Shown here one piece after another: positions 1 to 9,219 of a DNA stretch of 64,000 nt. Under the pieces are notes generated by a model, which was not told where the DNA came from, made no database searches, and saw nothing but the letters and a program-made list of their open reading frames with translations. A program made the position numbers and the translations under genes. The stretch lies in the IMG/VR virus record IMGVR_UViG_3300024259_000010, positions 171,834-235,833 of that record; one strand, written 5' to 3'. The stretch's first letter is position 1, and the number at the start of each line of letters is the position of its first letter.

Positions 1-1
1 A

Positions 2-2116
2 CCTATTACTCATAATGAGCATAATGGTATTCAAGGTGGTGATGATGTCAATAAAGAATATTATCATATAACTGAAGCTCAAGAAGCTGCCATTGGCGGA
101 AGTATTGCTAAAACAGCCTTAATAACTGTAGCATCTGCTGTTGACTTGAATGACATGCCCGTGTCTGAAGATCAACAAGCTGCTATTAATAATGCTGTTG
201 TAGGTATGTATGATCATATAGGTGGTTATAATGGTACTACTAATGTTCCTTCATTGGATGATCGTAATGATCCAGGTACTCCTATTATAGCAGATATTCT
301 TAAAGGACATACTTATACTGTTGAAGTAGAAGGTACGTTCTTTGGTGAATCAGTTGAAGTCGGTGATCACATTATTTCAAATCAAGATGATCCATCTGAA
401 TTATCACATTGGTCTAGAGTTAATAAGAACATTAGTTTTGGTTCAACCCAAGGAACAGCTTGTGAAGGTAATGATGGTCGTTTACCATCTGTTAATGAAA
501 AAGCTGCTATGAAAGGTACTGAAGTAGGTGATCCTCCTTCAGCTACAAATGAATTCATTACTAATGATGATGCTCGATTATCTGATGATCGTGATCCTAA
601 TACCCATGCTGGTAATCATATATCCGGTGGAGAAGATCCAATACGTGAAGCTACTAATGGGCAGAATGGATTAGCAACAGCTTCTCATATTCAAAAGATA
701 GAAGCTAGTTATTCTGTTAAGCATTCACATGTTAATAAGGTTAACCTTGATACTATTGATCAGAATATGGCTAAAGCGGATTCTCCTGAGTTTGCAGGGG
801 CTACTATCGGTGGTGTTAACTTCAATGATACTCTTGCATTAATGCATAATCCAACAGGGTTTGACCGTATGAATGTTGCATCATATGGAACACTTACATT
901 AAACGGTGGTACCACTAGAACAGTTACGCATGGTCTTAATGGTCAGGATATTGAATACTATAGACATGGTGTTAAAATATCTAAAACTGAAGCTCAGGTA
1001 ACTACACAATTCCCTAATACCGAAGGACTATGGTTTATCTATTATAATGAAACTGATACATTAGTGATAACACAGACTCCTTGGAATGTTGCGGCTGATC
1101 ATCATGTGTTTGTAGCTATCCTATATTGGGATGCTGTAAATGAAGTAGGTGTTCTTGGTGAAGAGCGTCATGGACTGATGGACCCCTATACTCATGATAT
1201 TATGCATCATGGAATTGGTTCATTGCACCGTGGTGGATTTGATCCAACCTTTACAATAGGTAATGGTAGTGCAGATGCACATTGTGAGATCCAAGGATTC
1301 ACAGCCGGTTCATTCTCAGATGAAGATATTATCAATGTCAACGATGAACAGACTACATATGAAGTATGGTGGAAAGAGGGATCAGAGACCGCTCCAGTAT
1401 GGAGATGGGAAACTGCTTCAGCTGCTGCTGTAAGTATGGCTGGCTCTAGACCATATTGGAATCAGTTAACGGGTGGTACATGGCAACGTACTGAGATGAC
1501 TGATAATGATTATATGTGTATGCATCCTATTGCACTTAATCGTTATGGTGTTACTAATAAAGTAATTCTCATTATGGGTGAAAATCTATACGAGACTGCT
1601 GCTGAAGCACGTGTTGCTGCACCTGGTGAATTAAATACGATTAGATTCGGTAGTTTGCCTTCACCTGAAACAATGCCAATTGGTACTTATATTGTTCATG
1701 CTAGAAATAAAAATAATAATGTTTATAACGCAGCTATTGTATTAACGGATGATGGTAGAGAGTTTATCGATTACCGTGGACGTAATTCAGTCGGTGATGA
1801 TAGTGGTAATTCTGGTACATTATCTAAAACTGTTGTTCCTGGAACAACGTATACGTTGATACCAACTGACAATGGTAAGATAATTGAATTCACTAGTGCT
1901 ACTGCTGTTACCTTAACAGTCCCAGTTGATTTATCTTCTACATTTAATTGTACAATACTTCAGTCTGGTGCTGGACAGATAACTATTGTTGATGATGGAA
2001 CTTCTACTGTTAACAATGCAGATAACTTCTTTACTACTGAAAAGCCATATGTGTTTGTTTCACTATTGCATCTAGGTAGTAATAACTTCGTCATTGACGG
2101 GAGGTTAATACCATGA
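2..2116 (+). CDS. Tail fibre / virion fibre protein, 5'-truncated by the window edge
   Basis: The frame is open from base 2 (PITHNEHNGIQGGDDVNKEYYHIT...), so the track start at 146 is internal. The HNxxxGIQGG...EYYH motif and the C-terminal YTLxxxDNGKII...TVP...CTILQSGAGQITI module are typical of phage fibres. Confidence 0.65.
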   Translation, partial: PITHNEHNGIQGGDDVNKEYYHITEAQEAAIGGSIAKTALITVASAVDLNDMPVSEDQQAAINNAVVGMYDHIGGYNGTTNVPSLDDRNDPGTPIIADILKGHTYTVEVEGTFFGESVEVGDHIISNQDDPSELSHWSRVNKNISFGSTQGTACEGNDGRLPSVNEKAAMKGTEVGDPPSATNEFITNDDARLSDDRDPNTHAGNHISGGEDPIREATNGQNGLATASHIQKIEASYSVKHSHVNKVNLDTIDQNMAKADSPEFAGATIGGVNFNDTLALMHNPTGFDRMNVASYGTLTLNGGTTRTVTHGLNGQDIEYYRHGVKISKTEAQVTTQFPNTEGLWFIYYNETDTLVITQTPWNVAADHHVFVAILYWDAVNEVGVLGEERHGLMDPYTHDIMHHGIGSLHRGGFDPTFTIGNGSADAHCEIQGFTAGSFSDEDIINVNDEQTTYEVWWKEGSETAPVWRWETASAAAVSMAGSRPYWNQLTGGTWQRTEMTDNDYMCMHPIALNRYGVTNKVILIMGENLYETAAEARVAAPGELNTIRFGSLPSPETMPIGTYIVHARNKNNNVYNAAIVLTDDGREFIDYRGRNSVGDDSGNSGTLSKTVVPGTTYTLIPTDNGKIIEFTSATAVTLTVPVDLSSTFNCTILQSGAGQITIVDDGTSTVNNADNFFTTEKPYVFVSLLHLGSNNFVIDGRLIP

Positions 2117-4164
2117 GATTAGGAAACTTACCTATAGCGAGTACCAAGACAACACTTAAGACTGGATTAGTTGGATGGTGGTTAATGGATAAGATCGTAG
2201 GTGGTAAGGTTCAGGACCTTAGTGGTAATGGCCACGATGCCACCGTTGTAGGTGATGTTGAAGACGGGCATAGAGGGTTACATGGAGGCTCCCTCTATTT
2301 CCCCGGAACCAACGATCGCTTAGTAGTAGCACATACTGCAAAACTTGCAATAACAGGAAGTATTACAATATCCTATTGGGTAAATATAGATAAGGGTGAA
2401 ACTGGTGATCAGATGGTACTATCTAAAAGTGCTGGTTTTGAACCAGGTGGATACCAATCATATATGAATGGTGGTCTTGAAGGTTATGGTATGCGATTTG
2501 GTCGCGGTAATGATCTTCCTGATCCTGATGATAGTAGTGAACGTAGGAATTGTGATCTATTAAATCATACTGGAGTATGGGCCAACTATTCAGTATCATG
2601 TACTTCAGTAGGGGATGTTCATACATTAAGATTCTTTATCAATGGGGTATTCTCCAATGAAGATGTGTTTACTGAACCGGTTATTGACAGGGGTAATGAT
2701 CTATGGATAGGTGAATCCCCAGGCGGTAGTCGTGATTTTAATGGACACTTAGCTGACTTACGTATATGGAATCGAGCATTGACTGATACTGAAATGGAAA
2801 TTGTATATAACGATATTAACTATAATATTAGACCTGCTTTGAAACTTAAGCTTAATGATGTTGATGAAACAAACAGGCTTCTTGATAATGCTTACCGTAG
2901 TAGTGAAGTTTTGATTAACTCTACTGAACCGGAAGATATGGTGGGGCATCCTGGTATATTCGGTAATGACTTATGTTTTAAATTTGATAACAATGATGAC
3001 TTTTTAAGCATAATTCCATCTACTACAATATTTGATTGTTTACTTGGTGATTTCACATTCTTAGGGTGGTTTAATACAACGGCTGGTTCTGTTACTAATG
3101 AAGTTCTGATAGCACAGGCTAAAGATGATGGTGATATTACTCCAGCACCTATATCTATAGAAGTGAATACTAATGATGTATTAACAATGAGATTCGGTGA
3201 TGGTATTGATTCTACTACTTCAACAGGGACTTCTCTTGTGACTCGTGGTAGATGGGAACATATAGCAGTTGTAGTATCAGGAACGTCAGTATATTTTTAT
3301 ATTAATACTGTTCTCGATGCTAGTGGTGCTATAACTAATACTAAAACTAGAGCATTTGGTGAGCAAGAACTGCGTATAGGTATAAGACAACTTGCTAGAG
3401 ACTTCGGTGGATTTATGGATCATCTTGAACTACATCCTAGTGCATGGTCACAAGATAGTATTCAAGAAGATTATAATGAAACTGATTCACTTGGATCATA
3501 TGGTGATCTGGAATGTTGGTATAAGTTAAATGAAGAGTCTGGAACAGTTGCAGAAGATTATTCAAAGAACCACAATAACTTAAATATATCAAGTGGTGTA
3601 ACTATTAATCAACCTGGTCAAATATATAAATCATATGAAATGGATGGATCGGTTAATTCTGTAGTTCAAGCAACTGGTCTTTCTGGATTACCAGCTATTG
3701 GTACTGGGGATTATACAATATCTCTGTGGATGAAAATAAATGGTACCCCGGCTGATAGTACTCAATCATTACTTGCATTTGGTGGGTTTTCAAATGGACT
3801 AGTGTTGCGATATATTGTAAGTGGTGAAGGCACAACTGGTTACTTTAGTATGTCTGAAAACACTAGAGGTGAAAATAGTCCAAGTAGAGCAGGTCTTAAT
3901 GATAATGTATGGCATCATGTATGTGTTATAAGATACAATGGGCTTATATCTTATCATATAGATAATGTATTAGAAGGTACGGATGAGTCCGATGATGGTT
4001 CTGGTGACACTAATGACATTACTGTCGCCCCTACACTTATTGAACTTGGTAGAAATGGTGCTGGTAATCAGGAACTTGATGGTTGGATAGATGATGTACG
4101 TTTCTATTCTAAAGCATTAACTAATTACCAGATTCAACAACTGTCAGAAATGAGCGAACCTTAA
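2113..4164 (+). CDS. Triple LamG/concanavalin-A-like domain protein (putative adhesin or fibre tip)
   Basis: Three repeats of the LamG pattern: LVGWWLMD / LECWYKLNE, ITISYWVN / FTFLGWFN / YTISLWMK, WxH motifs, and FNGHLADLRIWNRALT / LDGWIDDVRFYSKALT. ATGA overlap with the upstream gene. Confidence 0.85.
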   Translation: MRLGNLPIASTKTTLKTGLVGWWLMDKIVGGKVQDLSGNGHDATVVGDVEDGHRGLHGGSLYFPGTNDRLVVAHTAKLAITGSITISYWVNIDKGETGDQMVLSKSAGFEPGGYQSYMNGGLEGYGMRFGRGNDLPDPDDSSERRNCDLLNHTGVWANYSVSCTSVGDVHTLRFFINGVFSNEDVFTEPVIDRGNDLWIGESPGGSRDFNGHLADLRIWNRALTDTEMEIVYNDINYNIRPALKLKLNDVDETNRLLDNAYRSSEVLINSTEPEDMVGHPGIFGNDLCFKFDNNDDFLSIIPSTTIFDCLLGDFTFLGWFNTTAGSVTNEVLIAQAKDDGDITPAPISIEVNTNDVLTMRFGDGIDSTTSTGTSLVTRGRWEHIAVVVSGTSVYFYINTVLDASGAITNTKTRAFGEQELRIGIRQLARDFGGFMDHLELHPSAWSQDSIQEDYNETDSLGSYGDLECWYKLNEESGTVAEDYSKNHNNLNISSGVTINQPGQIYKSYEMDGSVNSVVQATGLSGLPAIGTGDYTISLWMKINGTPADSTQSLLAFGGFSNGLVLRYIVSGEGTTGYFSMSENTRGENSPSRAGLNDNVWHHVCVIRYNGLISYHIDNVLEGTDESDDGSGDTNDITVAPTLIELGRNGAGNQELDGWIDDVRFYSKALTNYQIQQLSEMSEP

Positions 4165-4177
4165 TATTAAATAATAT

Positions 4178-4209
4178 CATAGATCTACAGCCTAGGCTGT
4201 AGATCTATG
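4178..4209. repeat. Perfect 32-bp palindrome (terminator-like hairpin)
   Basis: CATAGATCTACAGCCTAGGCTGTAGATCTATG, directly after the LamG gene stop; no clear U-tract. Confidence 0.8.
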
Positions 4210-4279
4210 GTGTATTACCGTTTATTGAAAATCATATTATGTCGATATAAAAACTTACAAAATTTATGGGGGTAAATTT

Positions 4280-4492
4280 ATGAGTAAAGATAATGGTGAA
4301 AGAGCAATAGCTGAGGCACGTATTATATGCTCATGGATAGATAGTCATATGAATCAATTTGCTAACTGTCCACAAAGTGATTTTATAAAAGAGAAAATTA
4401 AAAAAGATTTAGAGTGTATTAAACGGAGTTGTACACAGTCAACATACAAATGGTACGCACATGTATATAAAGCTATATTGGATGTAGAATAA
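4280..4492 (+). CDS. Hypothetical protein (70 aa)
   Basis: GGGGG-type RBS upstream; fills the gap between the hairpin and the next gene. Confidence 0.6.
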   Translation: MSKDNGERAIAEARIICSWIDSHMNQFANCPQSDFIKEKIKKDLECIKRSCTQSTYKWYAHVYKAILDVE

Positions 4493-4548
4493 TTTATCTA
4501 ATATATAGTATACTAAGAATTTATAAATAAGAAAAGGAAAGGGACATT

Positions 4549-7500
4549 ATGAGGAAGTATTTAAATAAAGCCTTACTGACATCTATTATGTTTATTAGCA
4601 TGATGAGCAGTAATGGTTATGGGCAAACACCATATACAGATGGTATGCCTATTACAGATATTGCAAATAAACAACCTATGAGTATTATATCTGGTAAGAT
4701 TAATTATGGTTGGGATCAACTATATAACTTATCTCAAGGACAAGGAGCATCCGGTCTAAGAATCGATGCATTGGAAGCTCAAACAAATTACTGGAACTCG
4801 GTGTCTAATAATGTGACACAGAATTATGAAGCTGCTGATACATTATTAGATAATTCTAAACTTAATATCACTAATGGTGTATTTGTTACATCACTGAGTT
4901 CTACTGATGGTAGTGAGGTAGTTAGTTTATCCCCAAGTGAGGTATCTGTATTTAACGGAACTAGTGGAAGTAAACTAACAGACTTAGATATATCTATTAC
5001 TGATGGTAGTGATAGAGCATCATTGACTCCAGGTACTCTCGCTTTAGATAATTTATTTATATTACAAACAACTTCTAGTAAATTAGAAGTAAGTAAAAAT
5101 GATCCAAACTATACCACACAGATTAATGGTGATGTGCAGATTAGTAAAGGTGATGCTTCTCTAGATTCATTAACAATGGGATATTGGACTATCAATAATT
5201 GGTATGACATTATAGGACCAATACCGCTGCAATATACTATTGAAAGAGGTATATGGGCAGGTCAAGTATTATATTGGACAGCTACTACTCAGGGGAGACC
5301 AACCTATAATAATAATGATGTAACATTATACTGGGATGGGGAAAAGTGGAGACTGACCGACAATGGAGCGATTTATTATGTATGTACTTCCAACACACAA
5401 CATCCACCATGGGACCATGAATGGAATGCAGTACCATCAGGTTTAACATATAATCCTACAACAAGTCCTTTACTCACACGGCAATTAAACTCTAAACAGG
5501 AGATGATGAATGTTGTAGACAGTAAAGTAGATATGTTAAATGGTACTGCTACTAATCTAACTGTCGATACATTATTAACAGCAGACGATGTTATTATAAC
5601 TGAAAGTGCTCTTATTGACGGTGTAGATATAAAAGATTATGCAGTGTATATTGAAGATGATCCTGAGAACTGGGCGAAGTTAACAAGTGAAAAACTACGA
5701 ATAGATTCAGTTATTGAAGAATGGGAACTTCCAACTGAAACCAATCGGATGGATCTGACATCAAGTGGTATTGGGATAGATGATTATACGAATGATAAAC
5801 ATGCTTCTTTTAACCCAAGTGCGGTAACCTTTGGTACGACTACTGATTCCGCTACTTTATCAGCATCCCACCTAGCATTGGGACACAATGATACTTCTGT
5901 AGAATCAGATGGTACTGATGTAATGATAGGTAATACATACATAGATACTATAATCAAAGCTAATAGTTTGGTTGATATACAAGCAAGTGTTGATATCATG
6001 GATGATCTTACTGTAGACGACCGATCATACTTCTATGGTACTGTAAATTTCAAAGATACTGTATGGTTAACCGATGGTGATAATGGTGGTCAAGTATGGA
6101 TGCAAGATACTAGAGTTACTCTGGTCGATGTTGCATTTACTACATCCGATGGATTATGTACGTTCGTTGTTCCTGATCATGGGTTAAATAATAACAATAA
6201 TACAGATGTAGCTATATTAGCTAGTAATCAAAATGATCTACCAATTGGTGTTCAATACGTTATTGATGTCTTGGATAACAATACGTTTACAGTTCCTGCT
6301 GGTGCTGGTGCTGATGGATTAGGTGGTACTGCTGATATAAATGAAGATGGTAAAACAGCATATGTATATAATTCATGGACTGACAGACATAGTTTTAACA
6401 GCCCTGTAACATTCGACGTAAATCATCAGGTGACTATGGAAGGACCTGTTGTTATTGCTGAAGCAACACTCGATGATCTCTATGTAAAAGGTAGTACTTA
6501 TCTCAATTCCGATAGAGGTACTGGTAATGTAATATTACGAGGCCAAAGTGTTGTGTTAGATAATCAAGCATTTACTTCTGGAATGGGTGATGATATCCTA
6601 GTTGCAAAAACAGACCATGGATTAATTAGTGGTGACAATGTCAATGTTACATTGTCAAGTAATACTGGAGATCTACCAAATGGTGCATATGGTGTGTATG
6701 TACTCAATGACAATATGTTTATGGTAGACTCTGGTGGTGTTATCAATGGTGAAGGTGGTACAGCAACTTTCACTGAACAAGATTCAACTCCATATCAATA
6801 TGTTAATGCCTATGATAAACATTACTTTTATAGTGAAGTGGATTTTTCAGAACCAGTTACTATTAGTGAAGTGGATTTTTCAGAACCAGTTACTATTAGT
6901 GAAGGGACACTTGGCAATATTACATTAAGTGATGATATAGATGCTGCTGAATATAATATTGAAAATGTTGATGATATGGATGTCACTACGGTTTCAGTAG
7001 ATGGCTATACTGTTGCAGATATCGATTCATTTGATTTACTATTAGGTAATTCTTCTTTGGGGACTAAGATTGATTCAAATAGCTCTGGTATTGAAATGGA
7101 TCATAATGTTAAAATGAATTTCCAACTTAATGTGGCAGGTAAATCAACATTTAATTATCTCAATGGATATAATGATTTCAAAATTAGAAACTATACTTCG
7201 GATGAAGTAGATGCACCATTCACATCTGTTGTAGGTAATACAGTAACATTTAATTATTATCACGGTTTGCAGAATGGTGATCAAATTCGTATTCAGAATT
7301 CATCTGCTGAAAATGAACTACCAAATGGATACTACAACATATCTCGAATAGATAGTAGTACCTTTACCGTTGATGCTGGCCAGCCTGGTACTGGAGCAGC
7401 TGGTACTGCAGATGTAGCAGAAGAAAGTAAAGATGTACTTTTCTACGATGTAGGTGATGATGAATTCACATTCAATAGTCCCGTATCATTTGGATATGGT

Positions 7501-8118
7501 CATCAGGTAACTATAGATGGACCTATTGATATAAATGACGGTCTTACATTAGGTGGTGATATAGATGCTGCTGTATATGATATTAATAATGTTGGTGAGT
7601 TACAAGCTACATCTTTAGAAGCTTCAGATTCCACTGGTTATTTACTTACGTCTGTAGTTGGAGGCGAGGGTGATATACGTTGGGTACCAGGAACAGTAGG
7701 AGGTCTTGCAACAATTGACTTCCGTATTGAACCTAATAACAATGATGATGGTAATTATAGATTCGGCTTGTCTTCTGGTAGCACAGGGGCTAATTCCATT
7801 GAGATATTCTCACCAAATAGTGCAATTAAAAATACTAGATTATCTTGTGGTAATATCACATATATTAATGGTAATACAGACTTAAATAGAGCAGCTCAAA
7901 CTGTTGTCATAGGAGCCACTTCTGGTACTGACAATACTGATACTCTATTGGAAGTAAAGTCAACACCTGATTTACCGGGTTGTTTCTTATTACCACGAAT
8001 GAGCACAGCTGATCGCGATACATATATAAGTTCACCAACTGCAGGACATATGATATTTAATACAACAACCACAAAAGCTGAAGTGTACGATGGTTCTACA
8101 TGGCAAGCTTGTTGGTAA
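4549..8118 (+). CDS. Large fibre/surface-like protein with N-terminal signal peptide and three internal HGL-x-NGD repeats
   Basis: N-terminus MRKYLNKALLTSIMFISMMSSNGYG-Q resembles a Sec signal. Repeats PDHGLNNN / TDHGLISGD / YYHGLQNGD are each followed by GGTA/AGTA and FxSPVxF/SEVDF. C-terminal LPRMSTADRD...PTAGHMIFNTTT...VYDGSTW motif. Confidence 0.6.
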   Translation: MRKYLNKALLTSIMFISMMSSNGYGQTPYTDGMPITDIANKQPMSIISGKINYGWDQLYNLSQGQGASGLRIDALEAQTNYWNSVSNNVTQNYEAADTLLDNSKLNITNGVFVTSLSSTDGSEVVSLSPSEVSVFNGTSGSKLTDLDISITDGSDRASLTPGTLALDNLFILQTTSSKLEVSKNDPNYTTQINGDVQISKGDASLDSLTMGYWTINNWYDIIGPIPLQYTIERGIWAGQVLYWTATTQGRPTYNNNDVTLYWDGEKWRLTDNGAIYYVCTSNTQHPPWDHEWNAVPSGLTYNPTTSPLLTRQLNSKQEMMNVVDSKVDMLNGTATNLTVDTLLTADDVIITESALIDGVDIKDYAVYIEDDPENWAKLTSEKLRIDSVIEEWELPTETNRMDLTSSGIGIDDYTNDKHASFNPSAVTFGTTTDSATLSASHLALGHNDTSVESDGTDVMIGNTYIDTIIKANSLVDIQASVDIMDDLTVDDRSYFYGTVNFKDTVWLTDGDNGGQVWMQDTRVTLVDVAFTTSDGLCTFVVPDHGLNNNNNTDVAILASNQNDLPIGVQYVIDVLDNNTFTVPAGAGADGLGGTADINEDGKTAYVYNSWTDRHSFNSPVTFDVNHQVTMEGPVVIAEATLDDLYVKGSTYLNSDRGTGNVILRGQSVVLDNQAFTSGMGDDILVAKTDHGLISGDNVNVTLSSNTGDLPNGAYGVYVLNDNMFMVDSGGVINGEGGTATFTEQDSTPYQYVNAYDKHYFYSEVDFSEPVTISEVDFSEPVTISEGTLGNITLSDDIDAAEYNIENVDDMDVTTVSVDGYTVADIDSFDLLLGNSSLGTKIDSNSSGIEMDHNVKMNFQLNVAGKSTFNYLNGYNDFKIRNYTSDEVDAPFTSVVGNTVTFNYYHGLQNGDQIRIQNSSAENELPNGYYNISRIDSSTFTVDAGQPGTGAAGTADVAEESKDVLFYDVGDDEFTFNSPVSFGYGHQVTIDGPIDINDGLTLGGDIDAAVYDINNVGELQATSLEASDSTGYLLTSVVGGEGDIRWVPGTVGGLATIDFRIEPNNNDDGNYRFGLSSGSTGANSIEIFSPNSAIKNTRLSCGNITYINGNTDLNRAAQTVVIGATSGTDNTDTLLEVKSTPDLPGCFLLPRMSTADRDTYISSPTAGHMIFNTTTTKAEVYDGSTWQACW
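6831..6904 (+). repeat. Exact 33-nt in-frame tandem duplication (SEVDFSEPVTI x2)
   Basis: TAGTGAAGTGGATTTTTCAGAACCAGTTACTAT at 6831-6863 and 6864-6896, plus a partial third copy. Confidence 0.95.
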
Positions 8119-8169
8119 CACATAACTTAAATAAACAAATTGTTAAACTAGAAAGAAAAGGAATAGAAA

Positions 8170-8574
8170 ATGAAGAAATTAATTATTATTGGATTGATGG
8201 CACTTATCGGCGGTGGATTATTTGGAGATGTTTACCCAGCTCCTACTAACACTACATTCACATTAACCGTAACTGCTTTTGATGTCCGTAAGACTGAAGC
8301 TAATGTAGATGGCTCATGGGATATCATTACTGATGTTGTATTGGATAAAGAATTATCTAATGCTGATGAAGAAGGTTCTAATGAATCTGTTAAGGTCCGC
8401 ACTATCCGTGCTGATGTTACAGTATTTGCAGAAGAGATTGCTACAGCTGCTGGTATTGACATTGAAGTCGAAGGATGGGAAGCATTGTTAACCACAAAGC
8501 CATATGCTGAAGTTCGAGTAGCTGTCATTACTGCCGCTCAGATGAAAGTCATTGCTCTTGTAATGGCTCCCTAG
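8170..8574 (+). CDS. Exported hypothetical protein (signal peptide)
   Basis: MKKLIIIGLMALIGGGLFG-D N-terminus; AAGGAA RBS; acidic mature region. Confidence 0.65.
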   Translation: MKKLIIIGLMALIGGGLFGDVYPAPTNTTFTLTVTAFDVRKTEANVDGSWDIITDVVLDKELSNADEEGSNESVKVRTIRADVTVFAEEIATAAGIDIEVEGWEALLTTKPYAEVRVAVITAAQMKVIALVMAP

Positions 8575-8585
8575 TGTGAACTAAA

Positions 8586-8984
8586 ATGATAAAAAAGTAT
8601 TACAAATGGACATTGGAAGATGGTGATGTCACTATTATAATACCTGATAAATATAAATTACCAGACTTCGAGAATGAATGGGTCACGATCAAGGATAATG
8701 TGATGACTATTCGAAATGGTTATTCATGGGATGGATGTAGTCCTAAAAGAATACTATTTGGAAAACTCATTGTAGGAACTTGGGATGGACCCATTGATCC
8801 GGGGACTGGTAAACAAGTAGCTTATATACCTAGCTTAGTACATGATATATTATGTCAATTTGAAATTGGTACTCGTAAGAGAGCTGATCGTATATTTAGA
8901 TATTTACTAGATCTTGTGGATTTTAAATTCAAAAGATTGTATTATAGGGCTGTAAGAATATTTGGATTCTTTGTATCATTTTAA
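8586..8984 (+). CDS. DUF1353-like protein
   Basis: GYSWDGCS and SLVHDILCQ...RKRADRIF...YRAVRIFG match the DG.S / HD.L / AD..F / Y.AVR.FG pattern of this family. Confidence 0.7.
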   Translation: MIKKYYKWTLEDGDVTIIIPDKYKLPDFENEWVTIKDNVMTIRNGYSWDGCSPKRILFGKLIVGTWDGPIDPGTGKQVAYIPSLVHDILCQFEIGTRKRADRIFRYLLDLVDFKFKRLYYRAVRIFGFFVSF

Positions 8985-8991
8985 TATTACA

Positions 8992-9027
8992 AAAGACACG
9001 TAGTGGTTAATTTCACTACGTGTCTTT
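8992..9027 (+). terminator. Intrinsic terminator hairpin
   Basis: AAAGACACGTAGTG-gttaattt-CACTACGTGTCTTT followed by a T-rich tract. Confidence 0.8.
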
Positions 9028-9219
9028 ATTTCCTTTTTATTTGGATTCAGTACGGATATCTTGAATGTGATTAAATGGTGATTCCAAGAGTAGAAAAAGT
9101 AATAATAACAGGGCTAAATTTTGAAGTAGATCATGTAATCCGATTTAGATACATATTAGTATTGTTTATAAAATACTGAAGGTAGTTATGGTATGAGTTG
9201 GAAAATAGATTGAAGGGAA

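Noticed and set aside
146-148. Track start for the first ORF
   Set aside because: The frame is open to base 2 with a fibre-type motif upstream; the gene starts outside the window.
2-8118. Diversity-generating retroelement acting on the fibre genes
   Set aside because: No reverse transcriptase or adenine-variable TR/VR pair seen; the only repeat is an exact 33-nt duplication.
9030-9219. Cobalamin riboswitch or NrdR box upstream of nrdJ
   Set aside because: I could not see the conserved B12-box or a convincing NrdR palindrome.
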